From the human T2T-CHM13v2.0 reference genome, Homo sapiens, in assembly GCF_009914755.1 (NCBI RefSeq), contig NC_060948.1: 64,000 nucleotides of DNA. One strand, 5' to 3'. Of the stretch, positions 25,211 through 39,371 are shown one piece after another. How positions within the stretch are numbered: position 1 is the first letter of the stretch; the number at the start of each line of letters is the position of its first letter. Both the position numbers and the translations under genes were made by a program. Under the pieces are notes generated by a model, which was not told the origin of the DNA, made no database searches, and saw only the letters and a program-made list of their open reading frames with translations.

Positions 25211-28200
25211 TTTCACGGAATGGAATCAAACTGAATGGAATCAAATCAATGGAATATAATCAAATGGAATGGAAAGGAATTGAATGGAGTAGATTGGATT
25301 GGATGGGATTGGAATGAAATGTACTGGAAAGGACTCGAATTTCATGAAACGGAATGGAATGAATTAGAACGGAATGGACTCGAATGGAATGGAATGTCAT
25401 GGAATGGCATCAAATGGAATGGAATCGAATGCAATGGAATGCTTTGGAATGGAATGGAATGCATTGGAATGGAATGTCCTCTAATGGAATGTATTCGAGT
25501 GGAATGGAATCGAATATAATGGAGTCTAATGAAATGGAATTGAAAGGAATGGGACCGAATACAATGGAATATACTGGAATGTAATGTAATGAACTCGAAT
25601 GTAATTGACTGGAATGGAATGTACATGAATGGAATGTAATCGAATGGAAAGCAATCCAATGGAATAGAATCTAATGCAATAAAATCGACTCAAATAGAGT
25701 AGAATGTAATGGAATGGAGTGCAGTGCAATGGAATGGAATGGAATGGAATGCAATGGAATGGAATGGAATGGAATGGGATGGAATGGTATGGAATGGATA
25801 GTAATGGACTGGAGTGAAATGGACTGGAAAAGAATGGACTCAAATTGAAAGGGCTCGAAAGGAATGGAGTCAAATGGAATGGTCTGGAATGGAATGAACA
25901 CGAATGTAATGCAATCCAATAGAATGGAATCGAATGGCATGGAATATAAAGAAATGGAATCGAAGAGAATGGAAACAAATGGAATGGAATTGAATGGAAT
26001 GGAATTGAATGGAATGGGAACGAATGGAGTGAAATTGTATGCAGTAGAAGAGAATAGAATGGAATGCAAGCGAAAGGAAAGGAATGGATTGGAATGGAAT
26101 GGAATTCATTGGAATGGAAGGGAATGTAGTGTAATGGACAGGCCTGGAATAAAGTGGAATGCTACGGTCTCGAATGGAATAAAAATGTATGGAACGGAAT
26201 GCAATGAAACGGAATCGAATGTCATAGAATGTAATGGAATGCAAAAAAATGGACTCCAAAATCATTGACTGGAAAGGCTGGGTGTCGAAAGGAATTGACT
26301 CCAATGGAATGGAATCGAATGGAATGGAAGTGAATAGAATCGAACTAAATCGAATGGAATGGAATTGATAGGAACGGAATGGAAAGGAATGCAATGATTT
26401 GGCATGGAATGGAATCGAATGGCATCGAATGGAATGGAATGGAATGCAATGGAATGGAATGTATTAGAATGTAATGAACTTTAATGGAATGTACTCGAAT
26501 GGATTCGACTGGAATGGAATGTTCTCGAAGTGAATGGACTCCAATGGAATGGATTCGAAAGGAATGGAATCTAATGGAATGGAATTAAATGGAAATGAAT
26601 CAAATTGAATAGAACGGAATTGAATTGAATGGAATCGAATGCAATGGAATCTAATGAAACGGAAAGGAAAGGAATGGAATGGATTGGAATGGAATGGGCT
26701 GGAATGGAATGGAATCGAAACGAATGGAATGGAATCGAACTGAAGAGACTGGAATGGAATGCACTGGAATGGAAGGGAATGTAATGGAAGGTTCTCGAAA
26801 AAAATGGAATCGAAAGGAATGGAATTGAATGGAACGGAATAGAGTCGAATGGAATTGAATGGAATGGAATGGACTAGAGTGAAATGGAATCGAACCACAA
26901 GGAATGGACAGGAATAGAATGGTCTCGAATTGAATGGAATCGTATGGAATGGCATCAAACGGAATGGAATGGACAGCCACGGAATGGAATGGACACCCAC
27001 GGAATGGAATGCACTCGAATGCAATGGAGTCGACACTAATGGACTGGAATAGAATGGACTCGACTGGTACGGACTCCAATGGAATGGAATCGAATGGAAG
27101 GGAATCGAAAGGAATGGACTCGAAGGGAAAAGACTGCAATGGAAAGGTCTCGAATGGAATGGAAATTAATGGAATGGAATGGAATCGAATGAAATGGAGT
27201 CAAAAGGAATGGAATCGAATGGCAAGAAATCGAATGTAATGGAATCGCAAGGAATTGATGTGAACGGAACGGAATGGAATGGAATCCAAAGGAATGGAAT
27301 AGAATGGAATGGAATCGAATGGAAAGGACTCGAATGGAAATCACTCGAATAGAATGCAATTTAATAAAATAGGATCAAATGTAATGGAATGGAATGGAAA
27401 GGAATCGAAACGAAAGGAATGGAGACAGATGGAATGGAATGGAACAGAGAGCAATGGTATAGAATGGAATGGAATCATCTGGAATGGAATTGAATGGAAT
27501 GGAATAATATGAAATGGAATGGAATGGAATGGAATGCCCTTGAATTAAATGGACTGGAATGCAATGGACTCGAACAGAGTGGAATGGAAAGTGTTGAAAT
27601 AGAATGGAATGGACTCGTTTGGAATGGTCTAGTATGCAATGCAATCGACTGGCAGGGAATCAAAAGGAATGTAATCGAATGGATTGGACTGGAATGCAAT
27701 GGACTCGAATAGATTGGAAGCGGAAAGCAAAGGAATGGAATGGAATAGTATGGAATGGAATGCAAAGGAATGGAGTGGAATAGACTAGAGTGGAATGGAA
27801 TGGACTCGAAAGCAATGGACTGGAATGGAACTTTCTTGAATGGACTGGAATCAAACGGAATGGAATGCAATGCAATCAAATGGCATGGAATAAAATAGAA
27901 TGAAAGAGAATCAAATGGAATTGAATCGAATGGAATCGAATGGATTGGAAAGGAATAGAATGGAATGGAATGGAATTGACTCAAATGGAATGGACTAGAA
28001 TGGAATGGATTCGAATGGAAGGCAAAGGAATGGAATCTATTGGAATGGACTGTAATGGAATGGAATGGAAGGGATTGGAATGGACTCGAATGGAATGCGC
28101 TGCAATAGAAAGGATTCGAATGGAATGAAAAAGAATTGAATGGAATAGAACAGAATGGAATCAAATCGAATGAAATGGAATGGAATAGAAAGGAATGCAA

Positions 28201-28759
28201 TGAAATGGAATGGAAAGGATTCCAATGGAATGCAATCGAATGGAATGAAATCGATTGGAATGGAATCGAACGGAATGGAATAAAATGGAAGAAAACTGGC
28301 AAGAAATGGAGTCGAAATGAATGGAGTGTTATGGAACGGACTCAAAAGGAATTGAATGTAATAGAATGGAGTGGAGTGGACTCGAATATAATGGACTGGA
28401 GTGGAATGAAATCACATGGAATGGGAACGAATGGAATGGAATGGAAAGGAATGGAATCGAATGGAAAGGAATCGAATGGAAGGGAATGAAATTGAATCAA
28501 CAGGAATGGAAGGGAGTAGAATCGACGGTAATGGAATGGACTCGAATAGAATGGACACGAATGCTCAAATTGAATGGACTCGAATGGAATGGAAACGAAA
28601 GGAATGTCATCGAATGGAATTGAATCGATTGGAATGAAATCACATAGAATGGAGTGGAATCAAATGGAATTGAATCGAAAGGAAAGGAAGCGAATGGACT
28701 GAAATGAAATGGAATGGAATTGAATGGAAATTAATGCAATGGAATAGAATGGAACGAAA
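25211..28759 (+). repeat. DYZ1 unit U8, type D (3549 bp)
   Basis: Same D markers as U5, offset 10,591 bp. Confidence 0.9.
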
Positions 28760-31700
28760 TTTCACGGAATGGAATCAAACTGAATGGAATCAAATCAATG
28801 GAATATAATCAAATGGAATGGAAAGGAATTGAATGGAGTAGATTGGATTGGATGGGATTGGAATGAAATGTACTGGAAAGGACTCGAATTTCATGAAACG
28901 GAATGGAATGAATTAGAACGGAATGGACTCGAATGGAATGGAATGTCATGGAATGGCATCAAATGGAATGGAATCGAATGCGATGGAATGCTATGGAATG
29001 GAATGGAATGCATTGGAATGGAATGTCCTCTAATGGAATGGATTCGAGTGGAATGGAATCGAATATAATGGAGTCTAATGAAATAGAATTGAAAGGAATG
29101 GGACCGAATACAATGGAATATACTGGAATGTAATGTAATGAACTCGAATGTAATTGACTGGAATGGAATGTACGTGAATGGAATGTAATCGAATGGAAAG
29201 CAATCCAATGGAATAGAATCTAATGCAATAAAATCGAGTCAAATAGAGTAGAATGTAATGGAATGGAGTGCAGTGCAATGGAATGGAATGGAATGGAATG
29301 CAATGGAATGGAATGGAATGGGATGGAATGGTATGGAATGGATAGTAATGGACTGGAGTGAAATGGACTGGAAAAGAATGGACTCAAATTGAAAGGGCTC
29401 GAAAGGAATGGAGTCAAATGGAATGGTCTGGAATGGAATGAACACGAATGTAATGCAATCCAATAGAATGGAATCGAATGGCATGGAATATAAAGAAATG
29501 GAATCGAAGAGAATGGAAACAAATGGAATGGAATTGAATGGAATGGAATTGAATGGAATGAGAACGAATGGAGTGAAATTGTATGCAGTAGAAGAGAATA
29601 GAATGGAATGCAAGCGAAAGGAAAGGAATGGATTGGAATGGAATGGAATTCATTGGAATGGAAGGGAATGTAGTGTAATGGACAGGCCTGGAATAAAGTG
29701 GAATGCTACGGTCTCGAATGGAATAAAAATGTATGGAATGGAATGCAATGAAACGGAATCGAATGTCATAGAATGTAATGGAATGCAAAAAAATGGAATC
29801 CAAAATCATTGACTGGAAAGGCTGGGTGTCGAAAGGAATTGACTCCAATGGAATGGAATCGAATGGAATGGAAGTGAATAGAATCGAACTAAATCGAATG
29901 GAATGGAATTGATAGGAACGGAATGGAAAGGAATGCAATGATTTGGCATGGAATGGAATCGAATGGCATCGAATGGAATGGAATGGAATGCAATGGAATG
30001 GAATGTATTAGAATGTAATGAACTTTAATGGAATGTACTCGAATGGATTCGACTGGAATGGAATGTTCTCGAAGTGAACGGACTCCAATGGAATGGATTC
30101 GAAAGGAATGGAAACTAATGGAATGGAATTAAACGGAAATGAATCAAATAGAATAGAACGGAATTGAATTGAATGGAATCGAATGCAATGGAATCTAATG
30201 AAACGGAAAGGAATGGAATGGAATGGGCTGGAATGGAATGGAATCGAAACGAATGGAATGGAATCGAACTGAAGAGACTGGAATGGAATGCACTGGAATG
30301 GAAGGGAATGTAATGGAAGGTTCTCGAAAAAAATGGAATCGAAAGGAATGGAATTGAATGGAACGGAATAGAGTCGAATGGAATTCAATGGAATGGAATG
30401 GACTAGAGTGAAATGGAATCGAACCACAAGGAATGGACAGGAATAGAATGGTCTCGAATTGAATGGAATCGTATGGAATGGCATCAAACGGAATGGAATG
30501 GACAGCCACGGAATGGAATGGACACCCACGGAATGGAATGCACTCGAATGCAATGGAGTCGACACTAATGGACTGGAATAGAATGGACTCGACTGGTACG
30601 GACTCCAATGGAATGGAATCGAATGGAAGGGAATCGAAAGGAATGGACTCGAAGGGAAAAAACTGCAATGGAAAGGTCTCCAATGGAATGGAAATTAATG
30701 GAATGGAATGGAATCGAATGAAATGGAGTCAAAAGGAATGGAATCGAATGGCAAGAAATCGAATGTAATGGAATCGCAAGGAATTGATGTGAACGGAACG
30801 GAATGGAATGGAATCCAAAGGAATGGAATAGAATGGAATGGAATCGAATGGAAAGGACTCGAATGGAAATCACTCGAATAGAATGCAATTTAATAAAATA
30901 GGATCAAATGTAATGGAATGGAATGGAAAGGAATCGAAACGAAAGGAATGGAGACAGATGGAATGGAATGGAACAGAGAGCAATGGTATAGAATGGAATG
31001 GAATCATCTGGAATGGAATTGAATGGAATGGAATAATATGAAATGGAATGGAATGGAATGGAATGCCCTTGAATTAAATGGACTGGAATGCAATGGACTC
31101 GAACAGAGTGGAATGGAAAGTGTTGAAATAGAATGGAATGGACTCGTTTGGAATGGTCTAGTATGCAATGCAATCGACTGGCAGGGAATCAAAAGGAATG
31201 TAATCGAATGGATTGGACTGGAATGCAATGGACTCGAATAGATTGGAAACGGAAAGCAAAGGAATGGAATGGAATAGTATGGAATGGAATGCAAAGGAAT
31301 GGAGTGGAATAGACTAGAGTGGAATGGAATGGACTCGAAAGCAATGGACTGGAATGGAACTTTCTTGAATGGACTGGAATCAAACGGAATGGAATGCAAT
31401 GCAATCAAATGGCATGGAATAAAATAGAATGAAAGAGAATCAAATGGAATTGAATCGAATGGAATCGAATGGATTGGAAAGGAATAGAATGGAATGGAAT
31501 GGAATTGACTCAAATGGAATGGACTAGAATGGAATGGATTCGAATGGAAGGCAAAGGAATGGAATCTATTGGAATGGACTGTAATGGAATGGAATGGAAG
31601 GGATTGGAATGGACTCGAATGGAATGGACTGCAGTAGAAAGGATTCGAATGGAATGAAAAAGAATTGAATGGAATAGAACAGAATGGAATCAAATCGAAT

Positions 31701-32288
31701 GAAATGGAATGGAATAGAAAGGAATGGAATGAAATGGAATGGAAAGGATTCGAATGGAATGCAATCGAATGGAATGCAATCGAATGGAATGGAGTCGAAC
31801 GGAATGGAATAAAATGGAAGAAAACTGGCAAGAAATGGAATCGAAATGAATGGAGTGTTATGGAACGGACTCAAAAGGAATTGAATGTAATAGAATGGAG
31901 TGGAGTGGACTCGAATATAATGGACTGGAATGGAATGAAATCACATGGAATGGGAACGAATGGAATGGAATGGAAAGGAATGGAATCGAATGCAAAGGAA
32001 TCGAATGGAAGGGAATGAAATTGAATCAACAGGAATGGAAGGGAGTAGAATAGACGGTAATGGAATGGACTCGAATAGAATGGACACGAATGCTCAAATT
32101 GAATGGACTCGAATGGAATGGAAACGAAAGGAATGTCATCGAATGGAATTGAATCGATTGGAATGAAATCACATAGAATGGAGTGGAATCAAATGGAATT
32201 GAATCGAAAGGAAAGGAAGCGAATGGACTGAAATGAAATGGAATGGAATTGAATGGAAATTAATTCAATGGAATAGAATGGAACGAAA
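28760..32288 (+). repeat. DYZ1 unit U9, type E (3529 bp)
   Basis: Same E markers as U6, offset 10,591 bp. Confidence 0.9.
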
Positions 32289-35200
32289 TTTCACGGAATG
32301 GAATCAAACTGAATGGAATCAAATCAATGGAATATAATCAAATGGAATGGAAAGGAATTGAATGGAGTAGATTGAATTGGATGGGATTGGAATGAAATGT
32401 ACTGGAAAGGACTCGAATTTCATGAAACGGAATGGAATGAATTAGAACGGAATGGACTCGAATGGAATGGAATGTCATGGAATGGCATCAAATGGAATGG
32501 AATCGAATGCGATGGAATGCTATGGAATGGAATGGAATGCATTGGAATGGAATGTCCTCTAATGGAATGTATTCGAGTGGAATGGAATCGAATATAATGG
32601 AGTCTAATGAAATGGAATTGAAAGGAATGGGACCGAATACAATGGAATATACTGGAATGTAATGTAATGAACTCGAATGTAATTGACTGGAATGGAATGT
32701 ACATGAATGGAATGTAATCGAATGGAAAGCAATCCAATGGAATAGAATCTAATGCAATAAAATCGACTCAAATAGAGTAGAATGTAATGGAATGGAGTGC
32801 AGTGCAATGGAATGGAATGGAATGGAATGCAATGGAATGGAATGGAATGGAATGGGATGGAATGGTATGGAATGGATAGTAATGGACTGGAGTGAAATGG
32901 ACTGGAAAAGAATGGACTCAAATTGAAAGGGCTCGAAAGGAATGGAGTCAAATGGAATGGTCTGGAATGGAATGAACACGAATGTAATGCAATCCAATAG
33001 AATGGAATCGAATGGCATGGAATATAAAGAAATGGAATCGAAGAGAATGGAAACAAATGGAATGGAATTGAATGGAATGGAATTGAATGGAATGGGAACG
33101 AATGGAGTGAAATTGTATGCAGTAGAAGAGAATAGAATGGAATGCAAGCGAAAGGAAAGGAATGGATTGGAATGGAATGGAATTCATTGGAATGGAAGGG
33201 AATGTAGTGTAATGGACAGGCCTGGAATAAAGTGGAATGCTACGGTCTCGAATGGAATAAAAATGTATGGAACGGAATGCAATGAAACGGAATCGAATGT
33301 CATAGAATGTAATGGAATGCAAAAAAATGGACTCCAAAATCATTGACTGGAAAGGCTGGGTGTCGAAAGGAATTGACTCCAATGGAATGGAATCGAATGG
33401 AATGGAAGTGAATAGAATCGAACTAAATCGAATGGAATGGAATTGATAGGAACGGAATGGAAAGGAATGCAATGATTTGGCATGGAATGGAATCGAATGT
33501 CATCGAATGGAATGGAATGGAATGCAATGGAATGGAATGTATTAGAATGTAATGAACTTTAATGGAATGTACTCGAATGGATTCGACTGGAATGGAATGT
33601 TCTCGAAGTGAATGGACTCCAATGGAATGGATTCGAAAGGAATGGAATCTAATGGAATGGAATTAAATGGAAATGAATCAAATTGAATAGAACGGAATTG
33701 AATTGAATGGAATCGAATGCAATGGAATCTAATGAAACGGAAAGGAAAGGAATGGAATGGATTGGAATGGAATGGGCTGGAATGGAATGGAATCGAAACG
33801 AATGGAATGGAATCGAACTGAAGAGACTGGAATGGAATGCACTGGAATGGAAGGGAATGTAATGGAAGGTTCTCGAAAAAAATGGAATCGAAAGGAATGG
33901 AATTGAATGGAACGGAATAGAGTCGAATGGAATTGAATGGAATGGAATGGACTAGAGTGAAATGGAATCGAACCACAAGGAATGGACAGGAATAGAATGG
34001 TCTCGAATTGAATGGAATCGTATGGAATGGCATCAAACGGAATGGAATGGACAGCCACGGAATGGAATGGACACCCACGGAATGGAATGCACTCGAATGC
34101 AATGGAGTCGACACTAATGGACTGGAATAGAATGGACTCGACTGGTACGGACTCCAATGGAATGGAATCGAATGGAAGGGAATCGAAAGGAATGGACTCG
34201 AAGGGAAAAGACTGCAATGGAAAGGTCTCCAATGGAATGGAAATTAATGGAATGGAATGGAATCGAATGAAATGGAGTCAAAAGGAATGGAATCGAATGG
34301 CAAGAAATCGAATGTAATGGAATCGCAAGGAATTGATGTGAACGGAACGGAATGGAATGGAATCCAAAGGAATGGAATAGAATGGAATGGAATCGAATGG
34401 AAAGGACTCGAATGGAAATCACTCGAATAGAATGCAATTTAATAAAATAGGATCAAATGTAATGGAATGGAATGGAAAGGAATCGAAACGAAAGGAATGG
34501 AGACAGATGGAATGGAATGGAACAGAGAGCAATGGTATAGAATGGAATGGAATCATCTGGAATGGAATTGAATGGAATGGAATAATATGAAATGGAATGG
34601 AATGGAATGGAATGCCCTTGAATTAAATGGACTGGAATGCAATGGACTCGAACAGAGTGGAATGGAATGTGTTGAAATAGAATGGAATGGACTCGTTTGG
34701 AATGGTCTAGTATGCAATGCAATCGACTGGCAGGGAATCAAAAGGAATGTAATCGAATGGATTGGACTGGAATGCAATGGACTCGAATAGATTGGAAGCA
34801 GAAAGCAAAGGAATGGAATGGAATAGTATGGAATGGAATGCAAAGGAATGGAGTGGAATAGACTAGAGTGGAATGGAATGGACTCGAAAGCAATGGACTG
34901 GAATGGAACTTTCTTGAATGGACTGGAATCAAACGGAATGGAATGCAATGCAATCAAATGGCATGGAATAAAATAGAATGAAAGAGAATCAAATGGAATT
35001 GAATCGAATGGAATCGAATGGATTGGAAAGGAATAGAATGGAATGGAATGGAATTGACTCAAATGGAATGGACTAGAATGGAATGGATTCGAATGGAAGG
35101 CAAAGGAATGGAATCTATTGGAATGGACTGTAATGGAATGGAATGGAAGGGATTGGAATGGACTCGAATGGAATGCGCTGCAATAGAAAGGATTCGAATG

Positions 35201-35837
35201 GAATGAAAAAGAATTGAATGGAATAGAACAGAATGGAATCAAATCGAATGAAATGGAATGGAATAGAAAGGAATGGAATGAAATGGAATGGAAAGGATTC
35301 GAATGGAATGCAATCGAATGGAATGCAATCGAATGGAATGGAATCGAACGGAATGGAATAAAATGGAAGAAAACTGGCAAGAAATGGAGTCGAAATGAAT
35401 GGAGTGTTATGGAACGGACTCAAAAGGAATTGAATGTAATAGAATGGAGTGGAGTGGACTCGAATATAATGGACTGGAGTGGAATGAAATCACATGGAAT
35501 GGGAACGAATGGAATGGAATGGAAAGGAATGGAATCGAATGGAAAGGAATCGAATGGAAGGGAATGAAATTGAATCAACAGGAATGGAAGGGAGTAGAAT
35601 AGACGGTAATGGAATGGACTCGAATAGAATGGACACGAATGCTCAAATTGAATGGACTCGAATGGAATGGAAACGAAAGGAATGTCATCGAATGGAATTG
35701 AATCTATTGGAATGAAATCACATAGAATGGAGTGGAATCAAATGGAATTGAATCGAAAGGAAAGGAAGCGAATGGACTGAAATGAAATGGAATGGAATTG
35801 AATGGAAATTAATGCAATGGAATAGAATGGAACGAAA
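32289..35837 (+). repeat. DYZ1 unit U10, D-like mosaic (3549 bp)
   Basis: D length and most D markers, but E-type GTCTCCAAT and tail 15-mer; lacks GCTTTGG and AATCGACGG. Confidence 0.8.
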
Positions 35838-38800
35838 TTTCACGGAATGGAATCAAACTGAATGGAATCAAATCAATGGAATATAATCAAATGGAATGGA
35901 AAGGAATTGAATGGAGTAGATTGGATTGGATGGGATTGGAATGAAATGTACTGGAAAGGACTCGAATTTCATGAAACGGAATGGAATGAATTAGAACGGA
36001 ATGGACTCGAATGGAATGGAATGTCATGGAATGGCATCAAATGGAATGGAATCGAATGCGATGGAATGCTATGGAATGGAATGGAATGCATTGGAATGGA
36101 ATGTCCTCTAATGGAATGGATTTGAGTGGAATGGAATCGAATATAATGGAGTCTAATGAAATAGAATTGAAAGGAATGGGACCGAATACAATGGAATATA
36201 CTGGAATGTAATGTAATGAACTCGAATGTAATTGACTGGAATGGAATGTACATGAATGGAATGTAATCGAATGGAAAGCAATCCAATGGAATAGAATCTA
36301 ATGCAATAAAATCGACTCAAATAGAGTAGAATGTAATGGAATGGAGTGCAGTGCAATGGAATGGAATGGAATGGAATGCAATGGAATGGAATGGAATGGA
36401 ATGGGATGGAATGGTATGGAATGGATAGTAATGGACTGGAGTGAAATGGACTGGAAAAGAATGGACTCAAATTGAAAGGGCTCGAAAGGAATGGAGTCAA
36501 ATGGAATGGTCTGGAATGGAATGAACACGAATGTAATGCAATCCAATAGAATGGAATCGAATGGCATGGAATATAAAGAAATGGAATCGAAGAGAATGGA
36601 AACAAATGGAATGGAATTGAATGGAATGGAATTGAATGGAATGGGAACGAATGGAGTGAAATTGTATGCAGTAGAAGAGAATAGAATGGAATGCAAGCGA
36701 AAGGAAAGGAATGGATTGGAATGGAATGGAATTCATTGGAATGGAAGGGAATGTAGTGTAATGGACAGGCCTGGAATAAAGTGGAATGCTACGGTCTCGA
36801 ATGGAATAAAAATGTATGGAACGGAATGCAATGAAACGGAATCGAATGTCATAGAATGTAATGGAATGCAAAAAAATGGACTCCAAAATCATTGACTGGA
36901 AAGGCTGGGTGTCGAAAGGAATTGACTCCAATGGAATGGAATCGAATGGAATGGAAGTGAATAGAATCGAACTAAATCGAATGGAATGGAATTGATAGGA
37001 ACGGAATGGAAAGGAATGCAATGATTTGGCATGGAATGGAATCGAATGGCATCGAATGGAATGGAATGGAATGCAATGGAATGGAATGTATTAGAATGTA
37101 ATGAACTTTAATGGAATGTACTCGAATGGATTCGACTGGAATGGAATGTTCTGGAAGTGAATGGACTCCAATGGAATGGATTCGAAAGGAATGGAAACTA
37201 ATGGAATGGAATTAAACGGAAATGAATCAAATAGAATAGAACGGAATTGAATTGAATGGAATCGAATGCAATGGAATCTAATGAAACGGAAAGGAATGGA
37301 ATGGAATGGGCTGGAATGGAATGGAATCGAAACGAATGGAATGGAATCGAACTGAAGAGACTGGAATGGAATGCACTGGAATGGAAGGGAATGTAATGGA
37401 AGGTTCTCGAAAAAAATGGAATCGAAAGGAATGGAATTGAATGGAACGGAATAGAGTCGAATGGAATTCAATGGAATGGAATGGACTAGAGTGAAATGGA
37501 ATCGAACCACAAGGAATGGACAGGAATAGAATGGTCTCGAATTGAATGGAATCGTATGGAATGGCATCAAACGGAATGGAATGGACAGCCACGGAATGGA
37601 ATGGACACCCACGGAATGGAATGCACTCGAATGCAATGGAGTCGACACTAATGGACTGGAATAGAATGGACTCGACTGGTACGGACTCCAATGGAATGGA
37701 ATCGAATGGAAGGGAATCGAACGGAATGGACTCGAAGGGAAAAGACTGCAATGGAATGGTCTCGAATGGAATGGAAATTAATGGAATGGAATGGAATCGA
37801 ATGAAATGGAGTCAAAAGGAATGGAATCGAATGGCAAGAAATCGAATGTAATGGAATCGCAAGGAATTGATGTGAACGGAACGGAATGGAATGGAATCCA
37901 AAGGAATGGAATAGAATGGAATGGAATCGAATGGAAAGGACTCGAATGGAAATCACTCGAATAGAATGCAATTTAATAAAATAGGATCAAATGTAATGGA
38001 ATGGAATGGAAAGGAATCGAAACGAAAGGAATGGAGACAGATGGAATGGAATGGAACAGAGAGCAATGGTATAGAATGGAATGGAATCATCTGGAATGGA
38101 ATTGAATGGAATGGAATAATATGAAATGGAATGGAATGGAATGGAATGCCCTTGAATTAAATGGACTGGAATGCAATGGACTCGAACAGAGTGGAATGGA
38201 AAGTGTTGAAATAGAATGGAATGGACTCGTTTGGAATGGTCTAGTATGCAATGCAATCGACTGGCAGGGAATCAAAAGGAATGTAATCGAATGGATTGGA
38301 CTGGAATGCAATGGACTCGAATAGATTGGAAACGGAAAGCAAAGGAATGGAATGGAATAGTATGGAATGGAATGCAAAGGAATGGAGTGGAATAGACTAG
38401 AGTGGAATGGAATGGACTCGAAAGCAATGGACTGGAATGGAACTTTCTTGAATGGACTGGAATCAAACGGAATGGAATGCAATGCAATCAAATGGCATGG
38501 AATAAAATAGAATGAAAGAGAATCAAATGGAATTGAATCGAATGGAATCGAATGGATTGGAAAGGAATAGAATGGAATGGAATGGAATTGACTCAAATGG
38601 AATGGACTAGAATGGAATGGATTCGAATGGAAGGCAAAGGAATGGAATCTATTGGAATGGACTGTAATGGAATGGAATGGAAGGGATTGGAATGGACTCG
38701 AATGGAATGGACTGCAGTACAAAGGATTCGAATGGAATGAAAAAGAATTGAATGGAATAGAACAGAATGGAATCAAATCGAATGAAATGGAATGGAATAG

Positions 38801-39371
38801 AAAGGAATGGAATGAAATGGAATGGAAAGGATTCGAATGGAATGCAATCGAATGGAATGCAATCGAATGGAATGGAATCGAACGGAATGGAATAAAATGG
38901 AAGAAAACTGGCAAGAAATGGAATCGAAATGAATGGAGTGTTATGGAACGGACTCAAAAGGAATTGAATGTAATAGAATGGAGTGGAGTGGACTCGAATA
39001 TAATGGACTGGAATGGAATGAAATCACATGGAATGGGAACGAATGGAATGGAATGGAAAGGAATGGAATCGAATGCAAAGGAATCGAATGGAAGGGAATG
39101 AAATTGAATCAACAGGAATGGAAGGGAGTAGAATAGACGGTAATGGAATGGACTCGAATAGAATGGACACGAATGCTCAAATTGAATGGACTCGAATGGA
39201 ATGGAAACGAAAGGAATGTCATCGAATGGAATTGAATCGATTGGAATGAAATCACATAGAATGGAGTGGAATCAAATGGAATTGAATCGAAAGGAAAGGA
39301 AGCGAATGGACTGAAATGAAATGGAATGGAATTGAATGGAAAGTAATGCAATGGAATAGAATGGAACGAAA
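35838..39371 (+). repeat. DYZ1 unit U11, E-like mosaic (3534 bp)
   Basis: E-type AATAGAATTG, GGAAACTA and tail; D-type TATGGAACGG; A-type GTTCTGG; lacks TACGTG and ATGAGAACG. Confidence 0.8.

Larger units (their letters stand above)
11107..32288 (+). repeat. Higher-order repeat (A-D-E) x2, period 10,591 bp
   Basis: Equivalent ORF-track anchors 11760/22351, 15273/25864 and 18817/29408 all differ by exactly 10,591 bp. Confidence 0.9.
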
